Assembly: GCA_964016885.1 (NCBI GenBank)
Contig: OZ024744.1
Location: 98,766,001-98,830,000, forward strand
Length of the DNA: 64,000 nucleotides
Source of the DNA: Eledone cirrhosa
Lineage: Eukaryota
Direction: 5' to 3'
A model generated the notes under the pieces. The model was not told the origin of the DNA. It worked only from the letters and a program-made list of their open reading frames with translations, and did no database searches. Both the position numbers and the translations under genes were made by a program. Below are positions 12,704 to 25,790 of the stretch, piece after piece; positions within the stretch are counted from its first letter, which is position 1, and the number at the start of each line of letters is the position of its first letter.

Positions 12704-13096
12704 CAGCAGTCACCAACTGGTAGGTAGCCTGCAGACCACTGGTGGTCCGAGAGAAAATTTTGGCGGTCCACAGAAAAATTTTGACATTATTTGCAATTTT
12801 TATGTTTTATTAATAATAAAACAAAAATAATATTTGGTTAAAATATATTTTATAACCCCCTTAAAAATGTTTCTCCTCAGTAAAGAACTAACATCCATGA
12901 AAGAATTTTACACATATGTGTCATCTATCGACTATATGACACATGTACACTTCAGTATTGTTTAATAAAATGCAAGTTCTCTGATCATTATTTTACAAAT
13001 GTATTTATCTTTTTTAAAATATTCATATTAGTAGTCCGTGGGATTTAAAATTATGAATTTAGTGGTCTGTGAGGTCCAAAAAGTTGGTGACTGCTG
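12704..13096. mobile_element. hAT MITE
   Basis: 15-bp perfect TIRs CAGCAGTCACCAACT / AGTTGGTGACTGCTG; TSD atttaaag / gtttaa[MITE]ag. Confidence 0.8.
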
Positions 13097-13098
13097 GT

Positions 13099-13327
13099 TT
13101 AACCCTTTAGAACTCAAACCAGCTGTATCCGGCCAGAATTCTCTCACCTCTTTCTGTTCAAACTGGCTGTAACTGATCACTCATACTGATGTTAAAGTAT
13201 TGTTCTCAAAATAAATAACAACAAAATTTCGTAGATTCCATATTATGTGAGATAATTATATAAGATAAAGCCTTTACCACAAAAATACAATAGTATATAT
13301 AGAGTAATGTAAATACTAAAGGGTTAA
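13099..13327 (+). mobile_element. piggyBac-type MITE, ~225 bp. Other approximate copies: 16676-16845, 17010-17210, 19606-19830, 22487-22716, 25303-25513, 41050-41256, 46044-46272, 46325-46545, 55134-55612, 56853-57250
   Basis: TTAA-CCCTTTAG...CTAAAGGG-TTAA termini, fully intact at 46044-46272; about 12 copies in both orientations. Confidence 0.8.
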
Positions 13328-13917
13328 AGAGTATTGAGAAGAGAAATTAAAGTCTTCTTATGCCAGCCATAAAACAGGGAATAGGCAGAGTCATTAAAAC
13401 ATCAGGCTCTCTACACTTTAAATTCAAATCCTGCCAAAATCAACTTTGCCTTTCATTCTTTTGAGGTCAATAAATAAATGTATCAACCCAGTACTGGTGC
13501 TGAGTCTTTCTCTCTCACACACTCTCTTGCTCCTGCTCTCTCTCTCTCTCTCCAAAAGAGATCAGCTTTGTTTAGACTTGGTTAAACCACCAGGTTTAAA
13601 ATGCCCATCACATATCATATATCACTATAGTGCTCCTACAACCCCATCAGAAATTATGGCTCCATGCATACATATATGCCATCCCTAACTCTTCAAAGGT
13701 CAGGTTGTTATGTTAACAGGTTAGTTATGGGTCTATACATACATATATACATATATATATACATATATATATACACATATATATATATATATAGAAGTTC
13801 TATTTAAATTGTTGGGATACAACAAGCAAATATTTTTATAACTGATATAAAGCACTCAACAAATTATAAAAATACGATATATTAACAAATGGAAACTATA
13901 TTTATAAAACCATATTT

Positions 13918-13980
13918 ATTTCATTATACATATTTCAAGGACACCAAGTTAAATTATGGTGTGCTTTCATCAGATAAAAT
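13918..13980 (-). ncRNA. Type I hammerhead ribozyme motif (PLE-derived)
   Basis: Minus strand reads ATTTTAT CTGATGA AAGCACACCA taatttaact TGGTGTCCTT GAAA TATGTA TA ATGAAAT: intact core, stem I, stem II and minimal stem III. Confidence 0.75.
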
Positions 13981-14471
13981 ATAATATAGATCAGTTTTAT
14001 AAATAAATAAATAAATCAGTTTTAATAATGAAATAAATATGGTTTTATAAATATAGTTTCCATTTGTTAATATATCGTATTTTAACTCCAATAATTTGTT
14101 GAGTGCTTTATATCAGTGTGTTATATGGTGTGTTGTTTCCTTGAGCAAGACACTTTATTTCACATTGCTCCAGTTTACTCAGCTGTAGAAATGAGATGAT
14201 AGGGACTGGGGTCCCTATCATTCCACTGCAAAGTGGACGTGGAGGTGCCACGGCAAAAAAGCACCCAGCACTCACTGTAAATGAGGTTGGTGTTAGGAAG
14301 GGCATCCAGCTGTAGAAATCAAGCCAGAATGAGTTCCCGTTCTATCCTTGCAAGCAGGGAAAAGCGGACGTAAAATGATGATGATGATGATGATGATATT
14401 TTAAAATATCTCGCCTCATTCTTCCACAGGTTTCACATAGTAAAAAAAAGTCACATTAAAAAAAATCTCAC

Positions 14472-14551
14472 CTGATTGTTCCAAGCTTTCATAAATGCCT
14501 CAATGTCTGAAGGATCACTCTTTTTGCTATGCATCACAATGGCATCAGCTC
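14472..14551 (-). CDS. pepM: PEP phosphomutase exon ([26 protein letters not shown])
   Basis: Manual translation; conserved MHSK; aag acceptor, GTGAGA donor; 80 nt, phase 1 to 0. Confidence 0.95.
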
Positions 14552-14632
14552 CTTTAGTATTGAAAAAGAGAAAAAAAAAAAAAATCATTGAAATGTGTAG
14601 GATTTAAATAATACATTCTACATCCAGCTCGC

Positions 14633-16260
14633 TCTATAAAGTTGTAGTACTGGTGCCATGATATACTGCACCTAGTACACTCTGTAAAGTGGTAGTGCTG
14701 GTGCCATGATTATCTGTACCCAGTACACTCTGTAAAGTGGTAGTACTGGTGCCATGATTAAAATGTACCTAGTACACTCTGTAAAGTGGTAGTGCTGCTG
14801 CCAGGATAAAATGTACCCATCACACTCTGTAAAGTGGTTGTGCTGGTGCCAGGATAAAATGCACCCAGTACACTCTGTAAAGTGGTAGTGTTGGTGCCAG
14901 GATAAAGTGTACCCATCACATTCTGTAAAATGGTAGTGCTGGTGCCATGATAAAATGTACCCAGTATACGCTGTAAAGTGGTAGTGCTGATGCCCTGATA
15001 AACTGCACCTAATACACTCTGTAAAGTGGTAGTACTGGTGCCAGGATAAAATGTACGTAGTACACTCTGTAAAGTGGTAGTGCTGGTGCCATGATAAAAT
15101 GTACCCACCACACCCTGTAAAGTGGTAGTGCTGGTGCCATGATAAACTGCACCTAGTACACTCTGTAAAGTGGTAGTGCTGGTGCCATGATATACTGCAC
15201 CTAGTACACTCTGTAAAGTGGTAGTGCTGGTGCCATGATATACTGCACCCAGTACACTCTGTAAAGTGGTAGTGCTGGTGCCATGATAAACTGCACCTAG
15301 TACACTCTGTAAAGTGGTAGTGCTGGTGCCATGATATACTACACCCAGTACACTCTGTAAAGTGGTAGTGCTGGTGCCATGATATACTGCACCTAGTACA
15401 CTCTGTAAAGTGGTAGTGCTGGTGCCATGATATACTGCACCTAGTACACTCTGTAAAGTGGTAGTGCTGGTGCTATGATAAAATGTACCCAGTACACTCT
15501 GTAAAGTGGTAGTGCTGGTGCTATGATAAAATGTACCTAGTACACTCTGTAAAGTGGTAGTGCTGGTGCCATGATATACTGCACCTAGTACACTCTGTAA
15601 AGTGGTAGTGCTGGTGCCATGATATACTGCACCCAGTACACTCTGTAAAGTGGTAGTGCTGGTGCCATGATATACTGCACCTAGTACACTCTGTAAAGTG
15701 GTAGTATTGGTGCCATGATATACTGCACCTAGTACACTCTGTAAAATGGTAGTGCTGGTGCCATGATATACTGCACCTAGTACACTCTGTAAAGTGGTAG
15801 TGCTGGTGCCATGATAAACTGCACCTAGTACACTCTGTAAAGTTGTAGTACTGGTGCTATGATAAAATGTACCCAGTACACTCTGTAAAGTGGTAGTACT
15901 GGTGCCATGATAAAATGTACCTAGTACACTCTGTAAAGTGGTAGTATTGGTGCCATGATAAAATGTACCTAGTACACTCTGTAAAGTGGTAGTGCTGGTG
16001 CTATGATAAAATGTACCTAGTACACTCTGTAAAGTGGTAGTGCTGGTGCTATGATAAAATGTACCCAGTACACTCTGTAAGTTGGTAGTGCAGGTGCCAT
16101 GATATACTGCACCTAGTACACTCTGTAAAGTGGTAGTATTGGTGCCATGATAAAATGTACCTAGTACACTCTGTAAAGTGGTAGTATTGGTGCCATGATA
16201 AAATGTACCCAGTATACTCTGTAAAGTGGTAGTGCTGGTGCCATGATAAAATGCACCCAA
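14633..16260. repeat. 48-bp minisatellite, about 34 copies; the 505-aa ORF is an artefact
   Basis: Unit agtacactctgtaaagtggtagtgctggtgccatgatatactgcacct; similar to the LINE/SINE tail motif. Confidence 0.93.
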
Positions 16261-17274
16261 CCTACACTTTGGCATGGTTACTATGACTGGATGCCCTTCC
16301 TAGTGCCAACCACTTTACAGAGTGTACTGGTTGCTTTTGAAATGTAAATGTAATATATGTATAAATGTGTGTGTTCATGTATGTATGCGTGCATGTATGT
16401 GTGTATGTATGTGTATGTGTGTGTGTGTACGTGAATGTATGTATCTATGTATGTACAGAGGTGTATATGAAAGCACAAACAACATGTGTATATACAATAA
16501 ACATACATAAGTCTCACTGAGGATATTTTAAGCTGTGACCATATAACAGCTACACCAGTAACCATGTGAGAATGCTGAATAGTATTTCAGGATCATTAAC
16601 ACATCATCAATGACGATACTAGAAGATTAATAAAAGAAACAAGTTTGAAGCTGTATATTTATTTTTTGTCTCTCTTAACCCTTTAGCATTTAAATTGCCC
16701 ATATCTGGCCGGAATTCTCTCACATCTTTCTGTTCAAACCAGCTATAACTGGTTACTCATACTTATGTTAAAGTATTGTTTTCCAAATAAATAATATCAA
16801 AATCTGGTAGATTCGATATTATGAGATAATTATGTGAGATAAAGTGAAATATAACATTTACCATCCACTATTAATTGGATGGTAAATGTTAAATTAAAAA
16901 AATAATATCATGAGTGACATCTATTCATAATCATTATATGGCTTAATTGGAATAAATTCTGTTTTAATTTCTAACAGAAGAGAAAGTAGAATGTCTTAAC
17001 ATTACTCTATATTATTCTATATTTACTATTATATTTTTCATAATAAACACTTTACCTCACATAATTATCTCACATAACATTGAATCAATGAGAATTTGAT
17101 ATTATTTATTTTGAAAGTAATACCTTAATATCAGTATGAGTGGCTGATTACAGCTGGTTTGAACAGAAAAAGGTGAGAGAATTTTGGCCGGATTCAGCTG
17201 GTTTAAATACCCATCACACCCTGTAAAGAGAGGCTGAAGTGGGCAGAAATAAAATCATAGTAAGAAAAAAAGTG

Positions 17275-17630
17275 AAACTTTTGGCTAGGAAATATAATAT
17301 AAAGTCACAGAATTTTTGGCTAGGAATTTTGTCTAGGAAATATATAATCATAAAACTTTTGGCTAGGAATTATTATATATATAGAACTTATGAAATATTA
17401 TATAACTATAGAACTTTAGGCTAGGAAACAGTCACAAAACATTTAGTTAGGAAATTTTACATAGCACATTTGGCTAGGAAATTATTATATAGTCACAAAA
17501 CATTTAGCTAGGAAATATATAGTCACAGAACATTTAGCTAAGAAATATTACATAGCACAGAACTTTTGGCTAGGAAATATCATATAGTCACACAACATTT
17601 AGCTAGGAAATATTACATAACACAGAACTT
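17275..17630. repeat. Degenerate ~35-bp tandem repeat
   Basis: ttggctaggaaatattacatagcacagaac repeated about 10 times. Confidence 0.8.
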
Positions 17631-18759
17631 CCTGAACGACCTGACACTTCGATAGCACACGGGAAGGGCACCCCTCTCCTCCTCAAATCAACCAGCCTAC
17701 ATGTGCAAGCTCAATGTAGGCCCATTCATACCACATTCACCCACCTTTTAGCAAATGTACTTCTCTCTTCACCCTCATTTTAGCATCACTTCTCTTTCCA
17801 CCCTCATTTTCCTTTCCAAGTGAAACTTGAAAACGTTGATGAGCAATTAATAATGGTTTTTTATTTAGGTACAAGGTCAACAATTTGAGGGGAGGTGAAA
17901 GCTGATTAAATTGACCCCAGTGCATTCCTGGTGCTTTATTTTATTGACCCTATAAGGATGAAAAGCAAAGCTAACCTCAGCGGGATTTGAACTGAGACCG
18001 TAAAGGGCCATAACTCTATACCACAAAGCATATTGTCTGGTCTGACCCCTTACCGATTCTGCCAATCCCATGCCTTTGATGAGGGATTAATAATAATAAT
18101 AATAATTTCATCAACTAAATTTCCATCTTCGGAAACATATCTCAACAAAATTTAATTAAATAAAAAATTAAAAAATTTAATATTAAGAGAGTTATGAGGA
18201 AACAAATCCAGGGGTTGGGTGAGGTTGAGGCTGGGTGGGGGAGTCACTAAATTAGAAACCTTTAATGTTTAATGAGATGCTAGTAACAGTCACCAAACAT
18301 TTTATCAAACACATACTCTTTAGATCTTTTATCTTGTTCCAGCCAACTGGCTGAGGCCATGCTGGGGCACCATCATAATTTTGATGTAGACAAAATACAT
18401 TAAAAAAAAAAAAATGTTCCTGTCAACATGGATGCTAGGCTTCTATGTAGATTTTAAGCTTTCTCATTTCTTACTTTTAGTTTTATGTTTTTTTCTCCAT
18501 CAGCATCTGGGACTGGGACTTTATTGTGGCTTGCCTTATCGGGGGTGTCAGGTGATGCCCATGAGGGTGCTTTGTTGCTTCAGTGTCTTAGCCTTGCCAT
18601 CAGCTGCTGTAATGTTGCAAGTGTGTTGGCTTGCCCCCAAAATTTCCAATAACTCTTGTGATGTGTGACTGAGTGTCGCTTTTAGTGTTGAATTGATGGT
18701 TTTCTTGTTTTTCCCTTTTTTTTTTCATCTCGCTTTGATTGTATATTTTTATGTATTAT

Positions 18760-19067
18760 ATTTAATAGATTGAAAAAATCCCTTGGTGCCATTGACCATC
18801 GCCAGTGGTCCACTCTAGCTGAGAACTGAGACGCCTGGTGTCTCAACAGTAACCATGCTGTCTCCTCCTTAGAAAACACCCACAGAGCCACCCTCAAGGA
18901 CAAAAGGTACAGGGGGAAGAACCACAACACCAAATCATCAAACCCTGACCAGATCTTCAGCTGCAGCCGCTGTTCCCCATTGGCCTGAACAGCCAGAAGC
19001 ATGCCTGCAGTCAACATGGACCACTCCCTTCATAATCTTCTTTCACGAAGCCAAGCCATGATGATGA
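18760..19067 (+). mobile_element. Decayed RTE (BovB-like) LINE 3' end
   Basis: Plus-strand remnant WSTLAEN...FSCSRC...GLNS..HAC resembling a C-terminal Zn finger, followed by a (TGA)n tail. Confidence 0.55.
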
Positions 19068-19275
19068 TTTATAAAGGTTCCTGGCAATAATTAATTGATC
19101 GTAAGTACTGTATTTCCCGACATCGAAGACGCTACTTTTTTTTTCCTAAAATAAGTGTAAAAAAATCTGTGTCCTGGAGGCCGAAGGTTGCTATTTTTCT
19201 TCAAATATTTGGTTGTCAAAATTAGGGTGCGTACTTGAGGACGAAGCGTCTTCGGCGCCGGGAAAGTGGTAAGTA

Positions 19276-19491
19276 CAGTCTGTTTGCTTTTCATGAAAAC
19301 TTGAAGTATGCGAATTTACTTTTAACACCTCTTGAAAAATACTATTAAATATTCACTTTGTGCGAATAACACGCTATAATGTTTGTGGCTTTTAATTTTT
19401 TAATTTATCAGAAAATTAGACTTGAATTATGCAAATTTACTTTACGCACCACATTTATAAATGTATCTTCGCATAAAAAAGAAACAGACTG
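19276..19491. mobile_element. Tc1/pogo-like MITE
   Basis: TA-CAGTCTGTTT...AAACAGACTG-TA. Confidence 0.7.
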
Positions 19492-21299
19492 TACTTCTAA
19501 ACAGTGTTAACTGGAGTGTAAGCCAGATGGGATATTAGGACAGACCCCCCCCCCCCCCCAGCTAGACAGGAATGTATGGTAAGCCTATGTCTGATTGGAA
19601 TATATGAACCTTTAGCATTTAAACCGGCCATATCTGGCCAGAATTCTCTCACCACTTTCTGTTCAAACCAGCTGTAACTGGCCATTCATACTGACATTAA
19701 GGTATTGTTCTCAAAATAAATAATTTTAAAATCTCATAGATTCGATAATATGAAATAATTATGTGAGGTAAAGCCATTACCACAAAAATACTATAGTAAA
19801 TATAGAGTAAGGTATATGCTAAAGGGTTTAAGTTTCAACAAAATTAAACATTTTATTTACTTGTGGTAAGAAGTGGTAAAAAATTCTCAGTAGTTTCTAA
19901 TGAAAGACACTGTCTATGATTTTAGGTTAACTTTGAAATTATCAAATGTTTGGAGGGATTTAGTAATATAATAAACCTTCTCATTTGAATATTAAAACAG
20001 CTTCAAAGCACTTTGTTTTTACTTTGAAAAATAGTCTAAGTTTAACATGATAAGCTTTTGGAGATGGAAAAAAAATGGACTGTCACACCTAACATAGAGT
20101 ATATTTCCTAGGCCCCCCCCCCCCCCCCAAAAAAAAAACCCGTGTATTGAAGCTGTTAACCTAATATTCAAATGCGTAACTAAATCAACGGTTTTAAAAA
20201 TAGAATGTTCAATTTGCTTGTTTGTCTGGTGTTTGGAGCATGGCTTAACTAAGATTCTTATATAAAATTAATTGTTTCTACTTTAGGCACAAGGCCAGCA
20301 ATTTGAAAGGGAAGGGAGAAGTCGATTAGATATACCCTAGTTCGTTACTGGTCCTTTATTTTATCGACACCCCGTAAATATGAAAGGCAAAGCTAATTTC
20401 GGCGGGATTTGAACTCAGAATGGCAAGGGCCGTAACTCTATGCGTCAAAGCATGGCGTCCGACCCTCTACCGATACTGCCAATCCACCACCCAAATCTGA
20501 ATATAAAATTAATGATGGAAGGTTGAAGGTTTGAAGACAAATATAAATACTTTCGAATAAGCAATTTTGTGTCTTAGAAACAAGAGTGGTTTAATGTGGT
20601 TTGCTATCAAACGGAGTTAAATATAGACAATGTAAAATTCATTGAAAATACATTTTTAAAAATAGGTAAAAAGAAAATATGTTACCGTAACCTATTTATT
20701 AAATATTTAATTTTTTTCGTGGAAACAAAACATTTTAAAAGAAAATACATGAGAAATGAAAAAAACGACCGAATAATAGCGGTGGGTTTTTTTCAAGTCT
20801 GGTGTCTGGTACTTATTTTATCGATCTCTTTTCTGTTTAACTGCTAAGTCACCAGATATAAAGACTGACACACACAAATAAATACACACATATACTTATT
20901 ATATAAAGAATGGAATAAACCTCAGTATAATACAAGGATACGGGGATATTATTTTACAAATACAAAAGTAAACAAAAACGTAAACACACACGCACAGAAG
21001 TATACACACACATACATAGACACAAATATAGACATATACGGAGAGTATAAAACTGGGATTTTTTTTATTTCAAAGTTTGGTACTTATTTTACGAGATATA
21101 AACACAGACACAAACGTAAACACGTAAGCCTACACACACACACACAAACTTTGTTAGCTAACTTCAAACGACTGGTCCTGGACATGACCAGGAAACACTA
21201 TAGCCCCACCTAGTCTTATGCATGTGTAGGGTGGGCAGTCCTCATCCTCAAACTGACTGATGTACCAAAAGAAAGAAAAAAATAACTGCATCAGTTTAC

Positions 21300-22199
21300 C
21301 AGTAACATCATATACAAAAGTGTTGATAAGTAGAAAAGAGGACAAAACTCTGATTCCATCAGGGAAATGACCATGTTCGATATGTAGGAAAGGAACTGGT
21401 ATAAATTCTATAAAATGTACGCAATGCAGATCTTGGGTACACAAGAGATGTAGTGGGATAGCAGGCAAACTAACAGGTAGGGAGAAATATGTATGCAGTA
21501 GATGTACAGGGAAATTAGATAGTAGAAGTCGCATTGATAGACACATTTTTCAAATGCAGGGTTCCATAGAAGTGGTGGATAGCTTCTGGTACCTAGGTGA
21601 TCAGATTAGCATGGGAGGGGGGGTGTTGCGAGGCCATAATATCTAGAATAAGGACGGGTTGGAAGAAGTTTAGGGAGCTGCTTTCTCTGCTGACAAAGAA
21701 GGGTTTCTCCCTGCGTACGAAAGGCCGGTTATATGATGCCTGTGTGAGATGCACGATGCTGCATGGTAGTGAGTCATGGGCAACAACTGCAGAAGATATG
21801 CGACGGCTGGAGAGAAATGAAGCAAGTATGCTCCATTGGATGTGCAATGTCAATGTGCGTGAATGACCAAGCATAGACGAGTTGAGAAAGAAACTGGGTA
21901 TAAGAGGGATAAGTTGTGGTGTGCAGGAGAGAAAGCTGAGATGGTATGGACATGTGATGCGCATGGAAGATGACCGCTGGGTAAAGAAGTGCCAAGAAAT
22001 CCCAGTAGAAGGAAGACACAGTAGAAGTAGACCATGAAAACCATGGGCGGAGGTGGTGAGAGCAGACCTCAGATCGCTGAAACTCACCGAGGAGATGACG
22101 AAGGACCGTGACAAGTGGAGAGATGCTGTGCAGAATAGGACTCGTCCAACCCTTGCAAGCAGGGAAAAGCAGACGTAAAATGATGATGATGATGATGAT
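21300..22199 (+). mobile_element. 5'-truncated RTE LINE with PHD-like finger and (TGA)n tail (3' fragment also at 41445-41800)
   Basis: RIRTGWKKFRELL, MLHGSESW and LRWYGHV motifs, with stops and frameshifts. Confidence 0.9.
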
Positions 22200-22991
22200 T
22201 AGATGAACACCTCTACTGAACCTAATACTCTGAGGTATAACTAGGGAAAATAGCCCCTATGGTAAGCAGTGAAATTACACCCCTGCCCAAACATCTGACA
22301 TCCATCTTTTAGATAATCATAAAATAAGCTTAAAAATAATAATTGTGTTCATTAATTTTTTTTAATTGAAAACATTACATGAAAATTACACCCTCATCTT
22401 TCTTGCTTTTACTGATGTAAGTTTGTCTCTGATGTGGTCCCAGCACTGTATTTTTTACCTATGGACCTAATAATTTATATAAATGGTTTAACCATTTAGC
22501 ATTTATATTACTCTATATATACTATTATATTTTTGTGGTAAAGGACTTATCTTACTTAATTATCTTGCATAATATCAAATCTATGAGATTTTGATATTAT
22601 TTAATTTGACAACAATACCCTAACATCAGTATGAGTGGTCGGTCAGACCCAGTTTGAGCAGAAAGAGGTGAGAGAATTCTGGCCGGATACGTCCGGTTTA
22701 AATGCTAAAGGTTTAATAATCCAGCCACCATAGTGTTTCCCACCTATGATAATCAAAGACAGATCATATATCTGAAGAAGTTTCTTTTTTTCACTCTCTG
22801 ATAATAGCTTATCTGACTTTAAAAGAAAGAGCTCCTAGTTCAAGTGGCACCCATGGTATGAACCATGTTTACCATATCCTAGTTATGTCTCTACTAATAC
22901 TAACCTCATACCATCATCACCACCACCACCAGCTGAGTTACCAGAATGATATAACCACTTTGATCTTATAGTGACATCAGATACCTAGAAC

Positions 22992-23238
22992 CAGGGCCGG
23001 ATTTAGATTTGATGAGGCCCTAAGCTATTTGAGATAATGGGGCCCTTTATACGTTATAAAAACTGCAAAACGTTCAATATTAAAGCAGAAAACTGTTTAA
23101 AACTATTGCATTATTTTAGTTCTTTTTTATCTTATATTTTGGAAATGTACACACCTTTTTTTTTTATTTTTTCGGGGCCCCAAGAAAGTGGGGGCCCTAA
23201 GCTATAGCTTGTTTAGCTTATACGTAAATCCCACCCCG
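22992..23238. mobile_element. hAT MITE
   Basis: Perfect 8-bp TSD CCTAGAAC at 22984-22991 and 23239-23246; TIR CAGGGCCGGATTTA / TAAATCCCACCCCG. Confidence 0.85.
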
Positions 23239-23534
23239 CCTAGAACACTGCTGGCATGGCATGATCCTGTAACTCCTGAGGGAGTCGAAAGTCACAATAG
23301 TACTGTATCTACATACAGCGTTTCTAGGGTATTTTAAAACCTGGCGGAACTTATCTCCTCACCAAGGTCCTGAATACAGTAGATTTTTTCCAGAGAAAGA
23401 TAGAGAGTGAGAGAATGGAAGTGAGAAAGAGATATAGAGGAAGACTCGACCCCCAGTATTGGACTGGTACATTTTTTTTATCGACCTAGAATGGATGAAA
23501 AGCAAAGGTAACATTAGTGGGATTTGAACTTAGA

Positions 23535-24052
23535 GAGGTGTAAGTGTGTAAGGTCGGAATTTATCAAATCATCCCAGGTTTTTTCTGGGTCTGCCTACTC
23601 CGTATCTTCCATCAATTTTGATCGCCCTGCACTTTTTTATACAGCTGTCGTCTTTCATGCGCATCACGTGACCATACCAACGTAGCCTTCTCTCGAGTAA
23701 ACAGAATCTGATCCCTCTTATACCTAATTTCTCACTTAGTTCATTTATGCTTTGCCATTCACGTATATTACTATTACACATCCAACAGAGCATGCAAGCT
23801 TCGTTCCTCTCCAGTCTGCGTATATCCTCTGCACACAATGCCCAGGTCTCACTGCCATGTAACATTGCTGTTCGTATGCAGGCATCATACAACCTGCCTT
23901 TCATTTTTAGGGAGAACCCTTTAGCGGCCAATAGTGGTATAAGCTCTCTGAACTTTTTCCATCCCGTTCTGACTCTGACTATTGTACTTTCAGAGCACCC
24001 TCCCCCACTGCTGATTTTGTCACCCAGGTAACGGAAGGTGTCCACTATTTCT
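23535..24052 (-). mobile_element. RTE LINE fragment, same family as 33073-34966
   Basis: ORF 23569..24045 is nearly identical to the C-terminal part of ORF 33792..34313. Confidence 0.9.
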
Positions 24053-24377
24053 ATATATATATTAGCAATTTTAGGGGAGGGGAAAGTGGATAAAATCGAC
24101 CCCAGTGCATTACTGGGACTTTATTTTATCGACCGCGTAAGAATGAAAGGCAAAGTTAACCTCAGCAGGATTTGAATTCAGATCATAAAGGGTCGTAACT
24201 CTATGCTGCAAAGCATGACGTCCGACCCCTCTACCGATACTGCCAATCCACCCTCCTTACAATAATAATAATAATTGTTTCTACCTTTGGCACAAGGCCA
24301 ACAATTTGAAGGAAAGGGAAAAAGTTGATTAAATCAACCCCAGTGCATTACTGGTACTTCATTTTACCAACCCCGTA

Positions 24378-24880
24378 AAGATGAGTGACAAACCTAACCC
24401 CAGCAGAATTTGAACTCAGAACATAAAGGGTCGTAACTATATGTCACAAAGTATGTTGTCTGATGCCCTAACATAAAGATGAGTGACAAACCTAACCCCA
24501 GCAGAATTTGAACTCAGAACATAAAGGGTCGTAACTATGTCACAAAGTATGTTGTCTGATGCCCTAACATAAGGATGAGTGACAAACCTAACCCCAGCAG
24601 AATTTGAACTCAGAACATAGAGGGTCGTAACTATATGTCACAAAGTATGTTGTCTGATGCCCTAACATAAGGATGAGTGACAAACCTAACCCCAGCAGAA
24701 TTTGAACTCAGAACATAGAGGGTCGTAACTATATGTCACAAAGTATGTTGTCTGATGCCCTAACATAAGGATGAGTGACAAACCTAACCCCAGCAGAATT
24801 TGAACTCAGAACATAGAGGGTCGTAACTATATGTCACAAAGCATGTTATCCGATGCTCTACCGATTACTGGTGCCAATCT
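24378..24880 (-). repeat. ~96-bp tandem amplification of a SINE-A segment, about 5 copies
   Basis: gatgagtgacaaacctaaccccagcagaatttgaactcagaacata... repeated; each unit carries a B box. Confidence 0.9.
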
Positions 24881-24922
24881 ATCATCATATCTAGAAGATA
24901 AAATAATGTAAAGAACACATAC

Positions 24923-25040
24923 CTGCTTTAGAATAAGCTTCAGCTCTCCTCAAAGCCTCTTCGAGCCCATAGCCTGCAATGAAAGCTTCTACTCGGGCTA
25001 CGATGCAAAAATCAGGATCTCTCTGACTATCTTTGCAGGC
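24923..25040 (-). CDS. pepM: PEP phosphomutase exon ([39 protein letters not shown])
   Basis: Inside ORF 24891..25112; conserved VARVE; aag acceptor, GTATGT donor; 118 nt, phase 0 to 1. Confidence 0.95.
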
Positions 25041-25042
25041 CT

Positions 25043-25103
<61 letters not shown>

Positions 25104-25641
25104 GAAACACAAAAAAATATAATCAATAAATTTTATGAGGTATTAAAAATACATTAGCTGATCATAGTATCTAGTAAAGGTCAGAAATATATGACTGATG
25201 ATTTATAAACAGAATCTCATTAGCAAGACATACAATATTCTAGTTCCAAAATAGAGTATATTTATCTTTATATGAATGTTGGTTAATACACTAATCTTAT
25301 TATTTAACCCTTTACCATTTACATTACTCTATATATACTATTGTATTTTTGTGGTAAAGGCGTTATCTTACAAAATAATCTCACATAATATTGAATCTAT
25401 GAGATTTTGATATTATTTATTTTGAGAACAATACCTTCACATCAGTATGAGTGGCCAGTTATAGCTGGTTTGAGAAAGAAGTGAGAAAATTCAGGCCGGA
25501 TATGGCCGGTTTAATAGTTGTATGTATAAGGGTTAATAGTTGTATGTATATGTGTACACACACACACATATATATATATTATTTACTTTGTAACTTCACT
25601 CCTTACTCCTTCTTGGAGTTACTGTTCTCCCCCTATCCAAA

Positions 25642-25678
25642 TTTTCCTGATGAAGTACTTCTGTCCGAAACGTTGAAA
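25642..25678 (+). ncRNA. Degenerate minimal hammerhead motif in a PLE remnant (25580-25757)
   Basis: CTGATGA AGTACTTCTGTCC GAAACGTTG; stem II mismatch and G at the cleavage position suggest it is inactive. Confidence 0.55.
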
Positions 25679-25754
25679 CTTCATCCACTTCCACCAAACA
25701 CGAACCTAATATAACTTTGTACAATTGCCTCCTGTGTTTTGTTCATTCATTTTC

Positions 25755-25790
<36 letters not shown>

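Noticed and set aside
14758-16275. 505-aa Thr-rich mucin-like ORF
   Set aside because: Translation of a 48-bp minisatellite related to a non-coding LINE tail; intronic, with no signal peptide
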